Assembly: GCA_965655095.1 (NCBI GenBank)
Contig: OZ296659.1
Coordinates: 33,914,001 to 33,978,000, forward strand
DNA length: 64,000 bases
Direction of reading: 5' to 3'
Source: Haplodiscus bocki
Taxonomy: Eukaryota
Both the position numbers and the translations under genes were made by a program. The notes under the pieces were generated by a model. It worked only from the letters and a program-made list of their open reading frames with translations, had not been told where the DNA came from and searched no databases. This document shows, in pieces, positions 24,958 through 39,100 of this stretch; position 1 is the first letter of the stretch, and each line of letters opens with the position of its first letter.

Positions 24958-26490
24958 GCTTATCACCAGATGAAAATCCAGTTAATTTGATAGTTTCATC
25001 ATAAAATGTAGCCTGTTCGGATCACATGCAGTTTTCTAAATTTTGTTTGCCCTCGCAAGCTGTGATGCTAAAGGTTCCAGAGGCCAAGATTCAGACAATT
25101 GATCAGTGTTTGAGTTGGGATGTCTACCATCCAACCCATTTTTAATAGAATCAGTTTCTTGCATGATGATCAATGCTTTCGGAAAAATAGTTCGATGATT
25201 TGTTTTTTCATGAGGCGTTTAGGCAGTTTGTTTTATTATATTTTTTTAAGGATCGTCCAGCAAAGTTTTCAAGTTGACTCGATAAGGAATAGTAATTTTA
25301 GTATGTCTTTGTCTTCGCATTTTAGCATCGGGTTTCATTTCAATCGAAAACGGAATAGAAGATTTTCCGACATCTTCATTGTGTGTAGCATAACAGTTGA
25401 TAATTTCAACAACAATTTTGCAGAGATGAAGATATTCAGAAACATTAGGACCAGAGATTTGAAAAGGAAGTCTCCTCGGAAATATAAAAAATTCTTTAGT
25501 GTATGGTGAAGGTGGAAATAGTCAAACAAATATTTTTTCACTCGGTTTTACATTACAGATAGTATTGGGTATCTATGCAGATCAACATGAATAACATCCG
25601 AAGAATTGTTTAATTGTTTCATATCTTGATCATGAACATTAAGTTGTTTAGTTATTTTGGGTTGGTGCGTACGAATTATGAACCCGTGCATTTAAATCAA
25701 TAATTCTATAGTGAAATCATTTTAAAGTGGTAATAGTATTTTCTATATATCTGATTCTTCCAGTTGAGAGTGAATAGTAAAATTTTTGATCATTACTGAG
25801 CACAAATTTTCCGAAGTCTTCGATAAAATTGCCATAAAGGAGAAATCTCATTTCAATTGTGACAGAAACTGATTTTGAGGCAATTCAGCAAAAAATCCTG
25901 CATGATTTTCAGTCTCCTGCAATAAAGTTTTTGAAATCTCCCGTAGAAAGTATAATGATTGTACACTATTGGGTTTAATATATGTTTCCTTTTTTGATTT
26001 CATTTGATGAATAAACGAAAAGAAGGGGATCTTCTTTTCAATCAGTGTGGCAAAAAAGCAAATCTGGGTCGATCATTGAAGGAATGTTTGAAGTTCATTG
26101 TAAAATCTCGGAAAATAAAACTTTGTATGCATTTCTCAAAGAATGGCGTTCTGAGAATGTTTTACTTAATATCAGCTACAGCGAAAAAAAATCATGAAGT
26201 ATCTTTATTTTATTTCTTTTGATAAAAACAAGTTACAGAGATATCCTGTTTAATTGGAATTTCAGACTGATCTGCAATAGTCAGCGTTTTTGATGTATTA
26301 TGTTGATCATGATTACAAACGTTGAAAATTTGAGTGATCATCATACAAGCTGGTAAATTAAGTACCGAAATAGACGCACCGCTATCCAATAGAAACGCAA
26401 ATTCCAGTCATGAATGTAAATTTGAATCCGTTTTGTTTTCAGATTGAATACACAGTTTATAAAACCAATTTGTTGGAGTTATAGCAGTTT
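24958..26490 (-). pseudogene. pol: Protease and N-terminal part of RT, element B
   Basis: FLLDSGASISVLN near 26395-26355. RT N-terminal motifs DVGK, WPLEPLASQLARANK and DETIKLTGFSSGDK, ending at about 24958 with no YxDD. Confidence 0.85.
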
Positions 26491-26559
26491 TCATTCCAGT
26501 GGTATACATAATTACTTCAAACTTGTCTTTCGACCATGAAAACTTTCAGTGCAGTGGTC

Positions 26560-27880
26560 ATGATTTTTAGAAGAATTTGATTCCACAATAATAACAACAG
26601 TTGTAGATCCAGACGCAGATCATGAACATGGTTCTGATCGACGTCGATATGAAGCATTATAATTTCTAAAACACTGTCGATTTCTAGGTTTGGATGGCGA
26701 CTATTTCAGAGAGATTAGTGGGGAGATCTAGCGTTCCTTCGTTGGATATAAAATTCAGTGTATCTTGAATGTGATGGAGATCGATTAGAAATGATTTTTG
26801 TATATCAAAAAACATAATCGGGAAAAAGAATTTTTACGTCGAGCACGTGAAATTGAACGTGAACTAGAGTGAGACGATCGATATGGAGAAAATGGATTTC
26901 TTGAATTTGAACGATTTCTAGAATCGTAACTAATACGTGATTAAAAGTTTACAGGATGAGATGAAGGTTGGTTATTTGGATTAATTTGATTCTGGTATGC
27001 TTTAATGCAACCAAATGAAAACTTTCACTGGTAATTTCGATCGAGAATAAAATTTCTGTTTTCTTTCTTCGTCTGCGCGTTGTTTGTGAAAACAATTTGA
27101 AACAGAATGATTGCATTTATGTAAAAAATCACAGTAATTCCGAAATTGAGGTTCACTTTTATTATTCGGATCAGTTGTTCGTGTAAACTTGATTCAGGGT
27201 CCGGATGATAAGTTTAAGCGGAAAATCTTTGAGATTCCAATTTTGATGCTACAATATTAATTTCCAGTGGTAAATCCACAGTACGAATTTTTTCGTTCGT
27301 AATACCTTCAACATCATCAAGTGTAACCAGTGTATCAAATGTAATGAAAGTTCCACTACATTAGATGTATGTTTGACTGGCCGTTTATGAGTAGACATTT
27401 TCAGCTTTTTGGTAACCCTGAAGTGACTATTTCAATTTACTTGAAGTCAATAATTGCAGCAGATTCGTTACACCAGCTTTTTAAAACTAAGTATGGACAT
27501 TTCAGAGCGTAATGTCGAACGTTTTCCATTTCTTTTTTCGTTGAAGTCTGAGCTTCAACTTGTGTGTAACATGCAGTTTTCTATGAAGAAAATTTTTTCT
27601 TCAAATGCAGATACAAAGGCAGACCAGTCATTTTTGTAACTTTCATGAAGTCGCAAAAACCAGCTCAAAGCAATTTCAGCTAATGAAAACTCTATACAAG
27701 CCACTTTTTATTCGTGCTTGTGAATATAGCCGATAGGATCGAAAAGTTGCTCTCCCATTGTAAAAGCAAGTGTGCATCAATTTGATGTAATCAATCTTCA
27801 GAAGTATTTTGATGGTCGAGGCCATCTAAAGCTTCCACCGATTTGATCATCGCAACAAAAGGTACAATGTAGTTTCATGT
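26560..27880 (-). pseudogene. gag: gag core of element B
   Basis: DGLDHQ..LHQIDAH; ALSWFLRLHESYKNDWSAFVSAF; knuckle YCDF..NHSVSNC; Ser/Arg-rich tail. Confidence 0.82.
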
Positions 27881-30800
27881 ACTTACGGCAAAAAAGTTTA
27901 CTGGATTCACAGTAGAATATGAAGAAAGTAAAGTTGCAGAAGTACCTTTACTAGGTGCAATGTGTGCCTGATATAACGTTCGTCTTGGATTTTCAGTAGC
28001 TTTTAAATTAGCGTTTCTTTGGATGGGATTATTAATTGTACCACTCAATGAAGTATTCTCATTGAAAATCAGTGGAGCCAATGGAAATTCTGACAGAGCA
28101 GGAACAGTGGTTGTTATTGTATTCAGTAAAAAGGTTTTATCTTTTGATCTATTTATTTGAGATTTACAGTTTGGTTACTTTGAAATTGGTCAATCTAGTC
28201 AGTAAAGGTAATATACATAGGTAATTTCCTTTGAATTCTAATGTATTGAGAAAACGGTATCACTGCAGTATTTTGAAATTGAAACTGATGAAAATTTACA
28301 CCTGAAGAAATATCTGGAGTTGAAAATTTTCAGAAGTTTTGGGATCTTTATGATCATCAGGATTGCCTCGAACGGTTTTTGTTTTGTGGGCACTTGCAGT
28401 GGTTTTGTAAAACCTAGTATCAGAGGAGAACGGGTAGGAATTGAGAGTCCGGTGACTTCAGTAGAAGGTATACTTTCAGTGGTTTCACTAATGTTTGTGT
28501 ATGGATTTGAAATAACGGAAGTTGTTTGTGTTTGACGTTAGAAACCAGCATTATTATTTTGTTGTGATCTTCAAGCACCAATTGTTTCAGTAATCATTCA
28601 ATGAACTGAAAGTATTTCATCAATTTTGTGATCAAAAGGTCTATTTCCAGTGATGGCTCGGATAACCATTTTGGGATCCAATTCCAATCGGTAAATAATT
28701 TCAATAATGAGTTGGAGTAGGTTAAATTATCTTGGATGAAAGTTTCCAGTTTCAATCAAGAATAGAAAAACTTCTCGTTCGGTGAAATGGTTTGACAAGT
28801 TTTAAAACCAGCTTTGATTTAAAGTTTTCCAAATAAGTTGATAATTAAATAGGAAACATTTTTCTCAGAAACAGAGAGTAGAATTTAATTTGTGGTATTG
28901 TTACAGTGTCTAAAACACTTAATTGGGAGAAAATGTATGTTTTGGAAAGCATCTCTTTGATTAATATCTCGCAGTAGCCAGTGGTCTGGACTATTAGGTC
29001 TTTAAAACATTATCCACTTCAGAAGTTCCAAAAAGATGTTGTTTATTACGGAACTTAACAATTGCGGAAGAAACAACTATATGTTGTTCTATATAATCAT
29101 TAGCTTCCTGCCGTTTCATCAGCAAAAGTTCAAACATATCGTGAATCGGTTAACAAAAACCCCATAAAATTTTTGACTTGGAAATATTCCAAACTTAAGG
29201 TTTTCAACTGGGTTAAAAACTAGAGTGAAAGGTACATCAGCAAAACTTGATTCACAAGTCTTAAATTGATAATATTATAAATAACATTCTTGGTGTTCTC
29301 TAAACAAAGGAATTGAATGAAAATCGAAACAGTGTATTTCAAAAGTCAAAGATTTTGTTGAATTATAAATAGATTTTTAGTAGAGCTAGTAGCATCCGTA
29401 ATAAATGCTCGTCTCTTCCTCTGTAATGACATGGAAGACGAAATGTGAAGGAATGGAAAATTTAGATCCTTCATCTTCTTGCGGTGGGACTTTTTTTGAT
29501 ATTGAAGGAATCATTTCAGTGTTTTCAGGAGTCATCTTTCATTAATATCATGTTGGAGTTGAGTATCAATTTCACTCAACTGTTGTATCAATTGATTACG
29601 TTCCAGTTCTTGTTTTCGTGAAATTTGCTTTGTAGCTTCGTTGATGTTTTATTCGTACACGTTCATTTCCAGCTTGCATTTGTTCTGATGAAAAAATTTC
29701 AGAGAAGTTTTGTTGCAATCCTACAGATGGATTTTGTATTTGTCCAGTAAAAATCTCAGAAAATAAAGTTTCTGGGATTTTCAGTTGTTTTTGGTTCTGG
29801 TATTTGATTCCACAGACGTTTCACCGGGAAGGGATTTTGTAATACTCTCCCTGTGGTTCTTAATATCATCAATTTCATCCTCATGCGGAGTTTTTGATTG
29901 GGAATCAGCAGTTCTACTCGACATGAATTCATAATAGTTCTAGAGCAAATGGAAAGGATTGAATCCAGAAGATTCCAAAAATCAACAAAAGAAATCCTGA
30001 AACAAATCCTTGTAGAAATTTGAATGAAGGAAGTTTCAGTATGTTGTATATGTTTAAACAATTCCAGCACCCAAAAATGGAAAGGAAAATTGTGATGAGG
30101 TTAAAAAACCAATTTTTAACAAATTTGCGTGCAAGCAAAACGTTGTTGGCGAAATTGGGAGAGTATTTGAAACTGCGTTCAACCAAAGCATTGCTCGCAG
30201 AATTCAAAAGCAAATTTCTGTGTAAAGAATTTAATTTTTCAGGTGGGGATAGTCACAAAAGTATATACTTTCAAAACAAATATTGAGAAAATGTGAACAA
30301 TCAACTTTCGCGCACAAGGTCTGATCAATGCTGATCGTAAGACTTTACTTTTACGTTCTGAAAGACAAGAGAACTTCGATAGGCAGAGCACAGTTCAGTA
30401 CTATCTAGAAACTCTCTTGGTTTGCAATGAGTCCTAACTACGTTTTAAGCAGTCACTTTAGTAGTCAGCATTATGAAATTCCAAAGGCGCCATGCAAATG
30501 AAAATTCGTGTTCTGATTTTAAGTCTTACGGGGTGAAGAAGGTAAAATGGGAAACCAGAGAGTAAAAAAAACGACAAACGAAGAACGTAGCTACAACATG
30601 AAAGATAAGATCATTGCAACAGTAGAGTGGTGTGAAAATAGATTATCCTAGAAAACGAAATGATACGATGAGAAAAAAGCCATGAAATTGGCTAATTAGA
30701 ATTTACAAAGATTAAAGAATGGACTATAAAGAAAAGATTCAGTGAAAGTAGTCATAGAAAATTTGGATGGAAAACGGTTGATTACAGTGGTGAGATATCA

Positions 30801-31265
30801 AAACTTCAGAGCAAATGATAAAATTTTCTGTCGATGTTTCGATAAAACAATTTTTAAACTAAATGTTGACAAAAAGCTGAAAAGAAGAAAAAAAGAATGT
30901 TGCCCTAACACTGGAATGCTCTAAACTCGTTGTCTAGTTTACGATACTAGATTGCAAAAGACTCAAAGTCTAGGTGGGTTTCAGTTACAGGCAGACAGCG
31001 AAAGCATAGAAAAGACGGTCAAAGTTATGGTCGAAACGAATTTCAAAGTCTATAGTCCATAAGACTGGGAGTTTAAAGTCGAAACGACTGAATGAAAACT
31101 GGAAAAAAATTTTCCTGGCTTTGTGAATCTTTTGGAAAAAATCGTCTGGAAATTGAAGAAAGACAAGCGAAAGGAAAAGTAGAAAAAGAAGGAACAGAAA
31201 AAGTTGTTTGGAGTGAAGGTAGAGAAGGTTGACGCGGATGAATTTTCACTGTCGTGGCACCAAAA

Positions 31266-31569
31266 TGTATTGACTTTACAAGATGTTAGTTGGTTTGCTA
31301 GCTGAGTTAATACTACGACGGAGATTCTTGCTTAGGCAGGCCTTTTCTGGATTTGCTTTACTTGATGTTATTTCCTTGACCTGCCCACGCTAACGATACG
31401 TAGGTTCTGTCAAGAGAAAGAAACTAGTCTCTACTTGAATAAAACTTCAACTAAAGATAGTTACCCAGATCAAAAAGAATCATAAAATTCATAGATAAGA
31501 ATGCAAACAAAGTTACGATTTGTCCAAAGATATTCCAGGAACTTCTTCTCTAATTTTGTATGTATTACA
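31266..31569 (-). repeat. 5' LTR of element B (304 bp)
   Basis: Minus strand TGTAATACA...CAATACA followed by ttt and TGGTGCCACGAC (PBS-like). Confidence 0.8.
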
Positions 31570-32690
31570 AAATGCAAAACTCTAAATGTTGAAACTCTAC
31601 TACAACTTTTTCACTAAACAAGGGGTTAAAAACAAGTTCCAAGACTTATAGATGGGTACAAATTCTCTGTATCTTGCTCTCGCCGAAAAGGAACCGGAAG
31701 ATATAATCTGATCAGAAATGAAAGCAGAGTGGTAACACCTGCGGTCACAAGATTGCACCGATAGCTTCACTGCTGAAGCAGTTGCAAATTTTGTCCCCCG
31801 AATGTGCCGCAACAAGCCCACAAGACATGTCAAGAGGGAGCCTGGACTTTTCAAGGAGGATTTAAGATGCAGAGGATTCTATGTTTATGTAGCAAAACTT
31901 ATCGCTTCTGTTATTTTACCACAAACAAATATAACTTCAGTAGCAAAGGTCTGAACAAACATGTACCGGAGCAGTGTGGTGATAGACTTTTGGAAAATAT
32001 TCGCTGCGTCCTAGACGAAGATATAAGTTTTACGTAAAGAAAGAAACGTTTCCGAATAAACAATCACGCTGTTGCAACATACGAACAAATTAAGAAAAGA
32101 TTTTATTATTTTTAGTCGAAAATATAGAGAGTGATAGAATCTACACACAACCTCTCAAATTGTAAAACAACCAACTCAATTTTCTCATGTCATGTATCTT
32201 TTCGATTTTATACCTTCTAATTAACTCTTTTAAGTTTTGTTACAATCTTATTACATGCCATTAGGTCAAATCAGTCTCCGCACGCCTGAACAAATTTTCG
32301 AACTCGTAAAAAAATATTTGCACGCGTAAGAAGTTATGCAGGTCCAGGAGAAGTCGTGCCGGAAATGAGCACAGATTACATTCTAGATGCACAAAATTTA
32401 GGATTAGACGTGCATTGCCTATCATAATACATAGACTCGGCTTTTGGATCCTCATCTTCAAATATACATTCCTATCTTGAAGCACTACCACTAACTTAAT
32501 ACATTGAGACGAACCGCCAAAATGCACCTTATCTTATCGCATTGCCGAACTACACCCTGTCGTAAAACAATGCCACAATAAACAGCATCTCAATACATTG
32601 CCGATCCATGCCCAGTCTCAATACATTGTTCAATTTTACACAATCTTAAAGCACAGCCGAACTGTACCTTAACTGTTAACTTAGCCGAAC
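31570..32690 (+). mobile_element. Polinton-like terminal fragment (copy 2): pPolB C-terminus plus terminal repeat
   Basis: AKL*MLKLYYNFF, TNSLYLAL (degenerate DTDS), KREPGLFKE, LCLCSKTY, FSSKGLNK and ATYEQIKK up to about 32165. 32210-32290 matches 48622-48710, followed by aatacattgccga repeats. Confidence 0.85.
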
Positions 32691-33149
32691 ACACTCAGAA
32701 ATCACAAAGAGCTCTCGGCGGCCAATCAGATTCGAGCCTGCAAAACTCTTAGACTAGTCAACCAACCACCATCGATTATTATGCCACCCGAAAGCTCTCG
32801 GCAAGGCTTGAAGAACCTTCTCAGCTCTCTGTTCCTCTCGGCTCGCTTTGGTTTATCTTGATACACAGGGTTTTCAACCCCCTATCTCGCCTGCTCCCAC
32901 GCACACTACTTTTGCGAGACTTATTCGAGAAAAGGTTTTTCAATTTTTCAAGAGGCTCGCGGATAATTTTTACGGCGCTGATTTTATATGACGCCTGCGG
33001 ATACTGTTGTGAACTATTGCTATGTGAAAAAAATGTAGTGAAGTTTGAAAAAAGCAATTAGACGGTGTTTATAGTGACAAAGCCTATAAAATGCAGCGAT
33101 GTTCTGCATTTCCCAAATACTGAAGGAAACCTTTACACTGGAAATCTTT

Positions 33150-36100
33150 TAAATGTTGAGAGGAAGAGGTTGTATTCCGTCTTGCAGATCTTTCTTTTCG
33201 GGATGAACTTATGACATCCTTCTCTTTAGTTGCTCGTATGTGGCGACAACATGATGTTTTGTGCGGAAACATCTATTTGTTGAAGTTACATTAACAACCT
33301 CTTCCTATACTTTGTGATACTTGGACACAGGACAACCACCACAGTCTTCAAGATTTCTTTCATTCAAACCTCTGATAATGAATTTGAAATTGTTTTATTG
33401 GTTGTCATGTCATAGAAAAGTACGTTTTGCTGAACAGGCAATTCTTTTCTGGGCAGCAGAATTCTTCCCTGGAGATACCAAGTTCTCAGTATTTGTGTTT
33501 CTTATGCTCAGTGCAGCAAGTAGGGAGAAGGGATTTTGTTAGTGGCTTGGCTCAAAATTCGCCGCTGCAGTCTCCACTTCGCAAAGAGTTGAACTCCTGT
33601 TTCATTGTTGGTCGGATACAAACATACAAGTTGTGCGCGGATAATGCTAGATACAGCAGTTCTGTATCCAACTTCGGCTCTTCAAACTTTGCAACATCGC
33701 AATATTTTCAAAAAAGTTATACTAAAGCTCAAGATTTCTCAATTTTTCATCTTGCAGAATGAAAAAAACTGACAACTATTGGTTTTTTGTGTTCATTCTC
33801 TGACTTTACCAGCTTTAATTCATTCAATTGATCGTATAAATAACCCAAGAGCTTAAACAATTTCCTTTGATTACTATTTGCATCACTGAGACATCTTGTT
33901 ACTACATGTCGATTCTGATCCACAACCTGATAACCATATAAACTGTTTGCTAGTAACTCTTTTGTCCCACCCACAACACTGGGAATTAGATTTTCGTCTC
34001 CCTCTCTTGTATCATTCACTGCAGCCTGAACAAGTTTGATGAAGTATTTCTTTGGAGTGCCGTGCCAAATTGATAAACCAGCCCCAAAAAAGAGAAGCAA
34101 CGGTGTAATGATTGTTCCATTTGACCAAAAAAACTCTCGATCTAAGCATTCTCCTAGGTTGCATCAAAATTTCTTCTTCCTCAGCGTATGCTTTTATAGG
34201 CCGACCAATGTCACCTCTGAAAGCAGGAATTTATTTATTGATTGGCGAAATTTTGACAAAACTTTCCATGAGCTTCTCGGGTACTTCAATATCACCTTGA
34301 ACATAACCGTTAAACCTTTCATTTTTGATATTTTCAAAAAGTAGCCCCTCTCTGAGAAGCATGTTGCAAGAGAATAATTCACGCAAATGCTGCTAAACAA
34401 TGTTATCCATCTTGTATAATTTCCACACATCACATTCCTACATCTCTTTGACAGTTTTTGTTTCGTTAAAAACATTGTTTTCGTAACTCGTCTAGCTCTC
34501 TCACTTTTTTTGCCTCGCTGAATTCTATCGTCAGTGAGAGATGAACAAGTTTCTCGACATGAACAAAAACGATATTAGCAACCCAGAGCGTCATAAGCAT
34601 CAATTTTTTGTTTGCTTTTCGTGTAAAAACATTCCACCTTACACTGTGGTCTGACTCTCTAAAAGTATGACATGAGCAAATTTGCAAAACCCCTCGTCTT
34701 GTTTTGACCAGGTTTCAATTTTCGAGATTCAAAATCTAGCTCTCATCAACTGTACAGACACGTAAGCATCTCTTGACACATAGAGTAAGCATAAAGCTGA
34801 CTAGCATCACTTTTAACGATGGTTTTGCTTCAGTTTGTTGAATCACGAATAAGAGTTTTGTTCACAATAGCTTTCCTCCTAAAAATAATGGACGGTCCAC
34901 CAGGCAAGTGGTGGCGTCTTTTCTCCAACAAACCCTTGTTGCTCTCTGAGAAGGGTTGAAACTTTGCGGTAGTTGACTTGTGAAGACAATTGTTTCCAAG
35001 ATTTGGCAAAGTACATCGAAGCCTTAAAATGTCAGTTCCTTCGTTTTGGTAAAAATCAACCATCTTTTCCTAGCTTCTAACGTTGGAACAACGTCCTTGT
35101 TGTTGTGCCAGCGCAATATGTCTGAAAAAGTATACATGTTTTCTTGTTCCCACACACCAATCAAGTGTTGATAGTTTTTTGTCAAACTGGAGGTAGTTGA
35201 ATTATTTTCATTTTTGATGATTCTTCTTTGAATGTCATTCAAGCATCTACTAAAGTTTGAAAGTCTCAACAGTCTTTTTCAAAGAGAATATTCTAGCGCT
35301 GTTTGTTATAGAAGGTTTCATAGGGAGGAGGTTGAGTATTGTTGAGCTTTTCTGGATTATCCAACCATTCCTAGGGAAAAAGACCTTTCGTCACTGAAGT
35401 CCTGTAGGCCTTCAGGATAGAATCAAGACTCGTACCTCCTCCAAAAAAAGTCATTGTATCTAGCTACTGAACATCACCAAACTTGAAACATACAAACTGA
35501 TTAGCCTTCTTGATCACTATTGGCTCAGTACTCCATTCATTAACAAAGAGAGACCAGTAAATTACCAAAATAAATTTTTGTCGTCTTTTGCGCTGCTGAA
35601 GCCAGAGACAGTAAGAACGTTGCAATACCTTTCCAAGTATTTCTGCGGATCAATGAGTTGTTTCTTTTGTGTTATTGAAAACTGTGTCCATACGTCCGGC
35701 TATTCTTCTTCGATACACCCATCTTCAATTCCCATTACTGGTCCAATGTGACATCGATGTTGATTGGGAAGAGGGAAAATTTGATTAAGTTTGCTGTGTA
35801 AAATAGTCTCAATCTCTTAAAACATCTTTTTCGTCTGAGTTTTTCTCTATGTTGCTAACTCATCGAGAGCATCAACAAATGATTCAACCGAATCTCTTGG
35901 ATTGGAGTTGCATATAAAGATGGTTTCTTCAATCGAGTCAGAGGAAACTGACAGAGATTTTTCAACGTGGTTACCGATCCAAGTGTAATGTCCGTAATGT
36001 GGAATTTGTCCTCATGAACACATATTGATTCAAACTCAAAAATTGGCATGTTTTTGAAGAGCTTTCAAACGTCGGTGTAAAGGATAACGAACGAGTCTAG

Positions 36101-39100
36101 TTTGTCAATCAGTGTTTCCTGTAGTTGCTGAACATCCTTCGGAAAAACCTGTTTCACTTTTTTTTGTAAGTCGTCAAAAGTCATTCCAGGAGGTGAGTCG
36201 TTTTGATGAATTGATCACATGAAGGAAAACTATTGGCTTTGAAGACAGCTTTGATATTGGAAGCATAGCAAAGGTGACTATTGTAATGGAATAGCTGTAC
36301 AGTTTTAGAAAAATTGCCCACACTCTTCTCCGCAAGCTCCCCAATCATAGATCCCCCTACAATGTCAATGTCGTACAGGAAACTATAAACTTGAATATTG
36401 TGCTCCACTGCTGCAATATCTTCCATACAAACAAGTCGGAAGTTTGCAGGATCAATCCTACCAGTCTTTTCCGGGAATTGAATAAATAGTTCAGACTTTC
36501 CCTCTTTGAGACTTTCATTTCCATGTAAATACAACGCTAGAGCTATAAAGAGACATAAACTATCTTTATATGGTTTTTGGGGTTTTTCTCCGCAAGTGTT
36601 AAGCACTTGACGGAATGATTTTTCATTAGTGGATCTAGTAATAGAACGTCTCTACACCACATGGGATTTTCCTTGAGTCATGCTGCAGAAAAGGTAACAT
36701 TAATCAAATTGTAGATATTCTCGTCTTTTGTACACGATTCAATGACAGCAGTTTAAATAACCCAAGAGCTTAAACAATTTCTTATTGATTACTATTTGCA
36801 TCACTGAGACATCTTGTTACTACATGTCGATTCTGATCCACAATCTGATAACCATATAAACTGTTTGCTAGTAACTCTTTTGTCCCACCCACAACACTGG
36901 AAATTAGATTTTCGTCTCCCTCTCTTGTATCATTCACTGCAGCCTGAACAAGTTTGTTGAAGTACTTCTTTGGAGTGCCGTGCCAAATTGATAAACCAGC
37001 CCCAAAAAAGAGCAGCAACGGTGTAATGATTGTTCCATTTGACCAAAAAAACTCTCGATCTAAGCATTCTCCTAGGTTGCATCAAAATTTCTTCTTCCTC
37101 AGCGTATGCTTTTATAGGCCGACCAATGTCACCTCTGAAAGCAGGAATTTATTTATTGATTGGCGAAATTTTGACAAAACTTTCCATGAGCTTCTCGGGT
37201 ACTTCAATATCACATTGAACATAACCGTTAAACCTTTCATTTTTGATATTTTCAAAAAGTAGCTCCTCTCTGAGAAGCATGTTGCAAGAGAATAATTCAC
37301 GCAAATGCTGCTAAACAATGTTATCCATCTTGTATAATTTCCACACATCACATTCCTACATCTCTTTGACAGTTTTTGTTTCGTTAAAAACATTGTTTTC
37401 GTAACTCGTCTAGCTCTCTCACTTTTTTTGCCTCGCTGAATTCTATCGTCAGTGAGAGATGAACAAGTTTCTCGACATGAACAAAAACGATATTAGCAAC
37501 CCAGAGCGTCATAAGCATCAATTTTTTGTTTGCTTTTCGTGTAAAAACATTCCACCTTACACTGTGGTCTGACTCTCTAAAAGTATGACATGAGCAAATT
37601 TGCAAAACCCCTCGTCTTGTTTTGACCAGGTTTCAATTTTCGAGATTCAAAATCTAGCTCTCATCAACTGTACAGACACGTAAGCATCTCTTGACACATA
37701 GAGTAAGCATAAAGCTGACTAGCATCACTTTTAACGATGGTTTTGCTTCAGTTTGTTGAATCACGAATAAGAGTTTTGTTCACAATAGCTTTCCTCCTAA
37801 AAATAATGGACGGTCCACCAGGCAAGTGGTGGCGTCTTTTCTCCAACAAACCCTTGTTGCTCTCTGAGAAGGGTTGAAACTTTGCGGTAGTTGACTTGTG
37901 AAGACAATTGTTTCCAAGATTTGGCAAAGTACATCGAAGCCTTAAAATGTCAGTTCCTTCGTTTTGGTAAAAATCAACCATCTTTTCCTAGCTTCTAACG
38001 TTGGAACAACGTCCTTGTTGTTGTGCCAGCGCAATATGTCTGAAAAAGTATACATGTTTTCTTGTTCCCACACACCAATCAAGTGTTGATAGTTTTTTGT
38101 CAAACTGGAGGTAGTTGAATTATTTTCATTTTTGATGATTCTTCTTTGAATGTCATTCAAGCATCTACTAAAGTTTGAAAGTCTCAACAGTCTTTTTCAA
38201 AGAGAATATTCTAGCGCTGTTTGTTATAGAAGGTTTCATAGGGAGGAGGTTGAGTATTGTTGAGCTTTTCTGGATTATCCAACCATTCCTAGGGAAAAAG
38301 ACCTTTCGTCACTGAAGTCCTGTAGGCCTTCAGGATAGAATCAAGACTCGTACCTCCTCCAAAAAAAGTCATTGTATCTAGCTACTGAACATCACCAAAC
38401 TTGAAACATACAAACTGATTAGCCTTCTTGATCACTATTGGCTCAGTACTCCATTCATTAACAAAGAGAGACCAGTAAATTACCAAAATAAATTTTTGTC
38501 GTCTTTTGCGCTGCTGAAGCCAGAGACAGTAAGAACGTTGCAATACCTTTCCAAGTATTTCTGCGGATCAATGAGTTGTTTCTTTTGTGTTATTGAAAAC
38601 TGTGTCCATACGTCCGGCTATTCTTCTTCGATACACCCATCTTCAATTCCCATTACTGGTCCAATGTGACATCGATGTTGATTGGGAAGAGGGAAAATTT
38701 GATTAAGTTTGCTGTGTAAAATAGTCTCAATCTCTTAAAACATCTTTTTCGTCTGAGTTTTTCTCTATGTTGCTAACTCATCGAGAGCATCAACAAATGA
38801 TTCAACCGAATCTCTTGGATTGGAGTTGCATATAAAGATGGTTTCTTCAATCGAGTCAGAGGAAACTGACAGAGATTTTTCAACGTGGTTACCGATCCAA
38901 GTGTAATGTCCGTAATGTGGAATTTGTCCTCATGAACACATATTGATTCAAACTCAAAAATTGGCATGTTTTTGAAGAGCTTTCAAACGTCGGTGTAAAG
39001 GATAACGAACGAGTCTAGTTTGTCAATCAGTGTTTCCTGTAGTTGCTGAACATCCTTCGGAAAAACCTGTTTCACTTTTTTTTGTAAGTCGTCAAAAGTC

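Larger units (their letters stand above)
18246..31569 (-). mobile_element. Ty3/Gypsy-like env-bearing retroelement (element B), heavily decayed
   Basis: Minus-strand order: LTR (31569-31266), PBS-like tggtgcc, gag, protease, partial RT, integrase, env. No TSD found; the left end is an inverted partial LTR. Confidence 0.88.
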
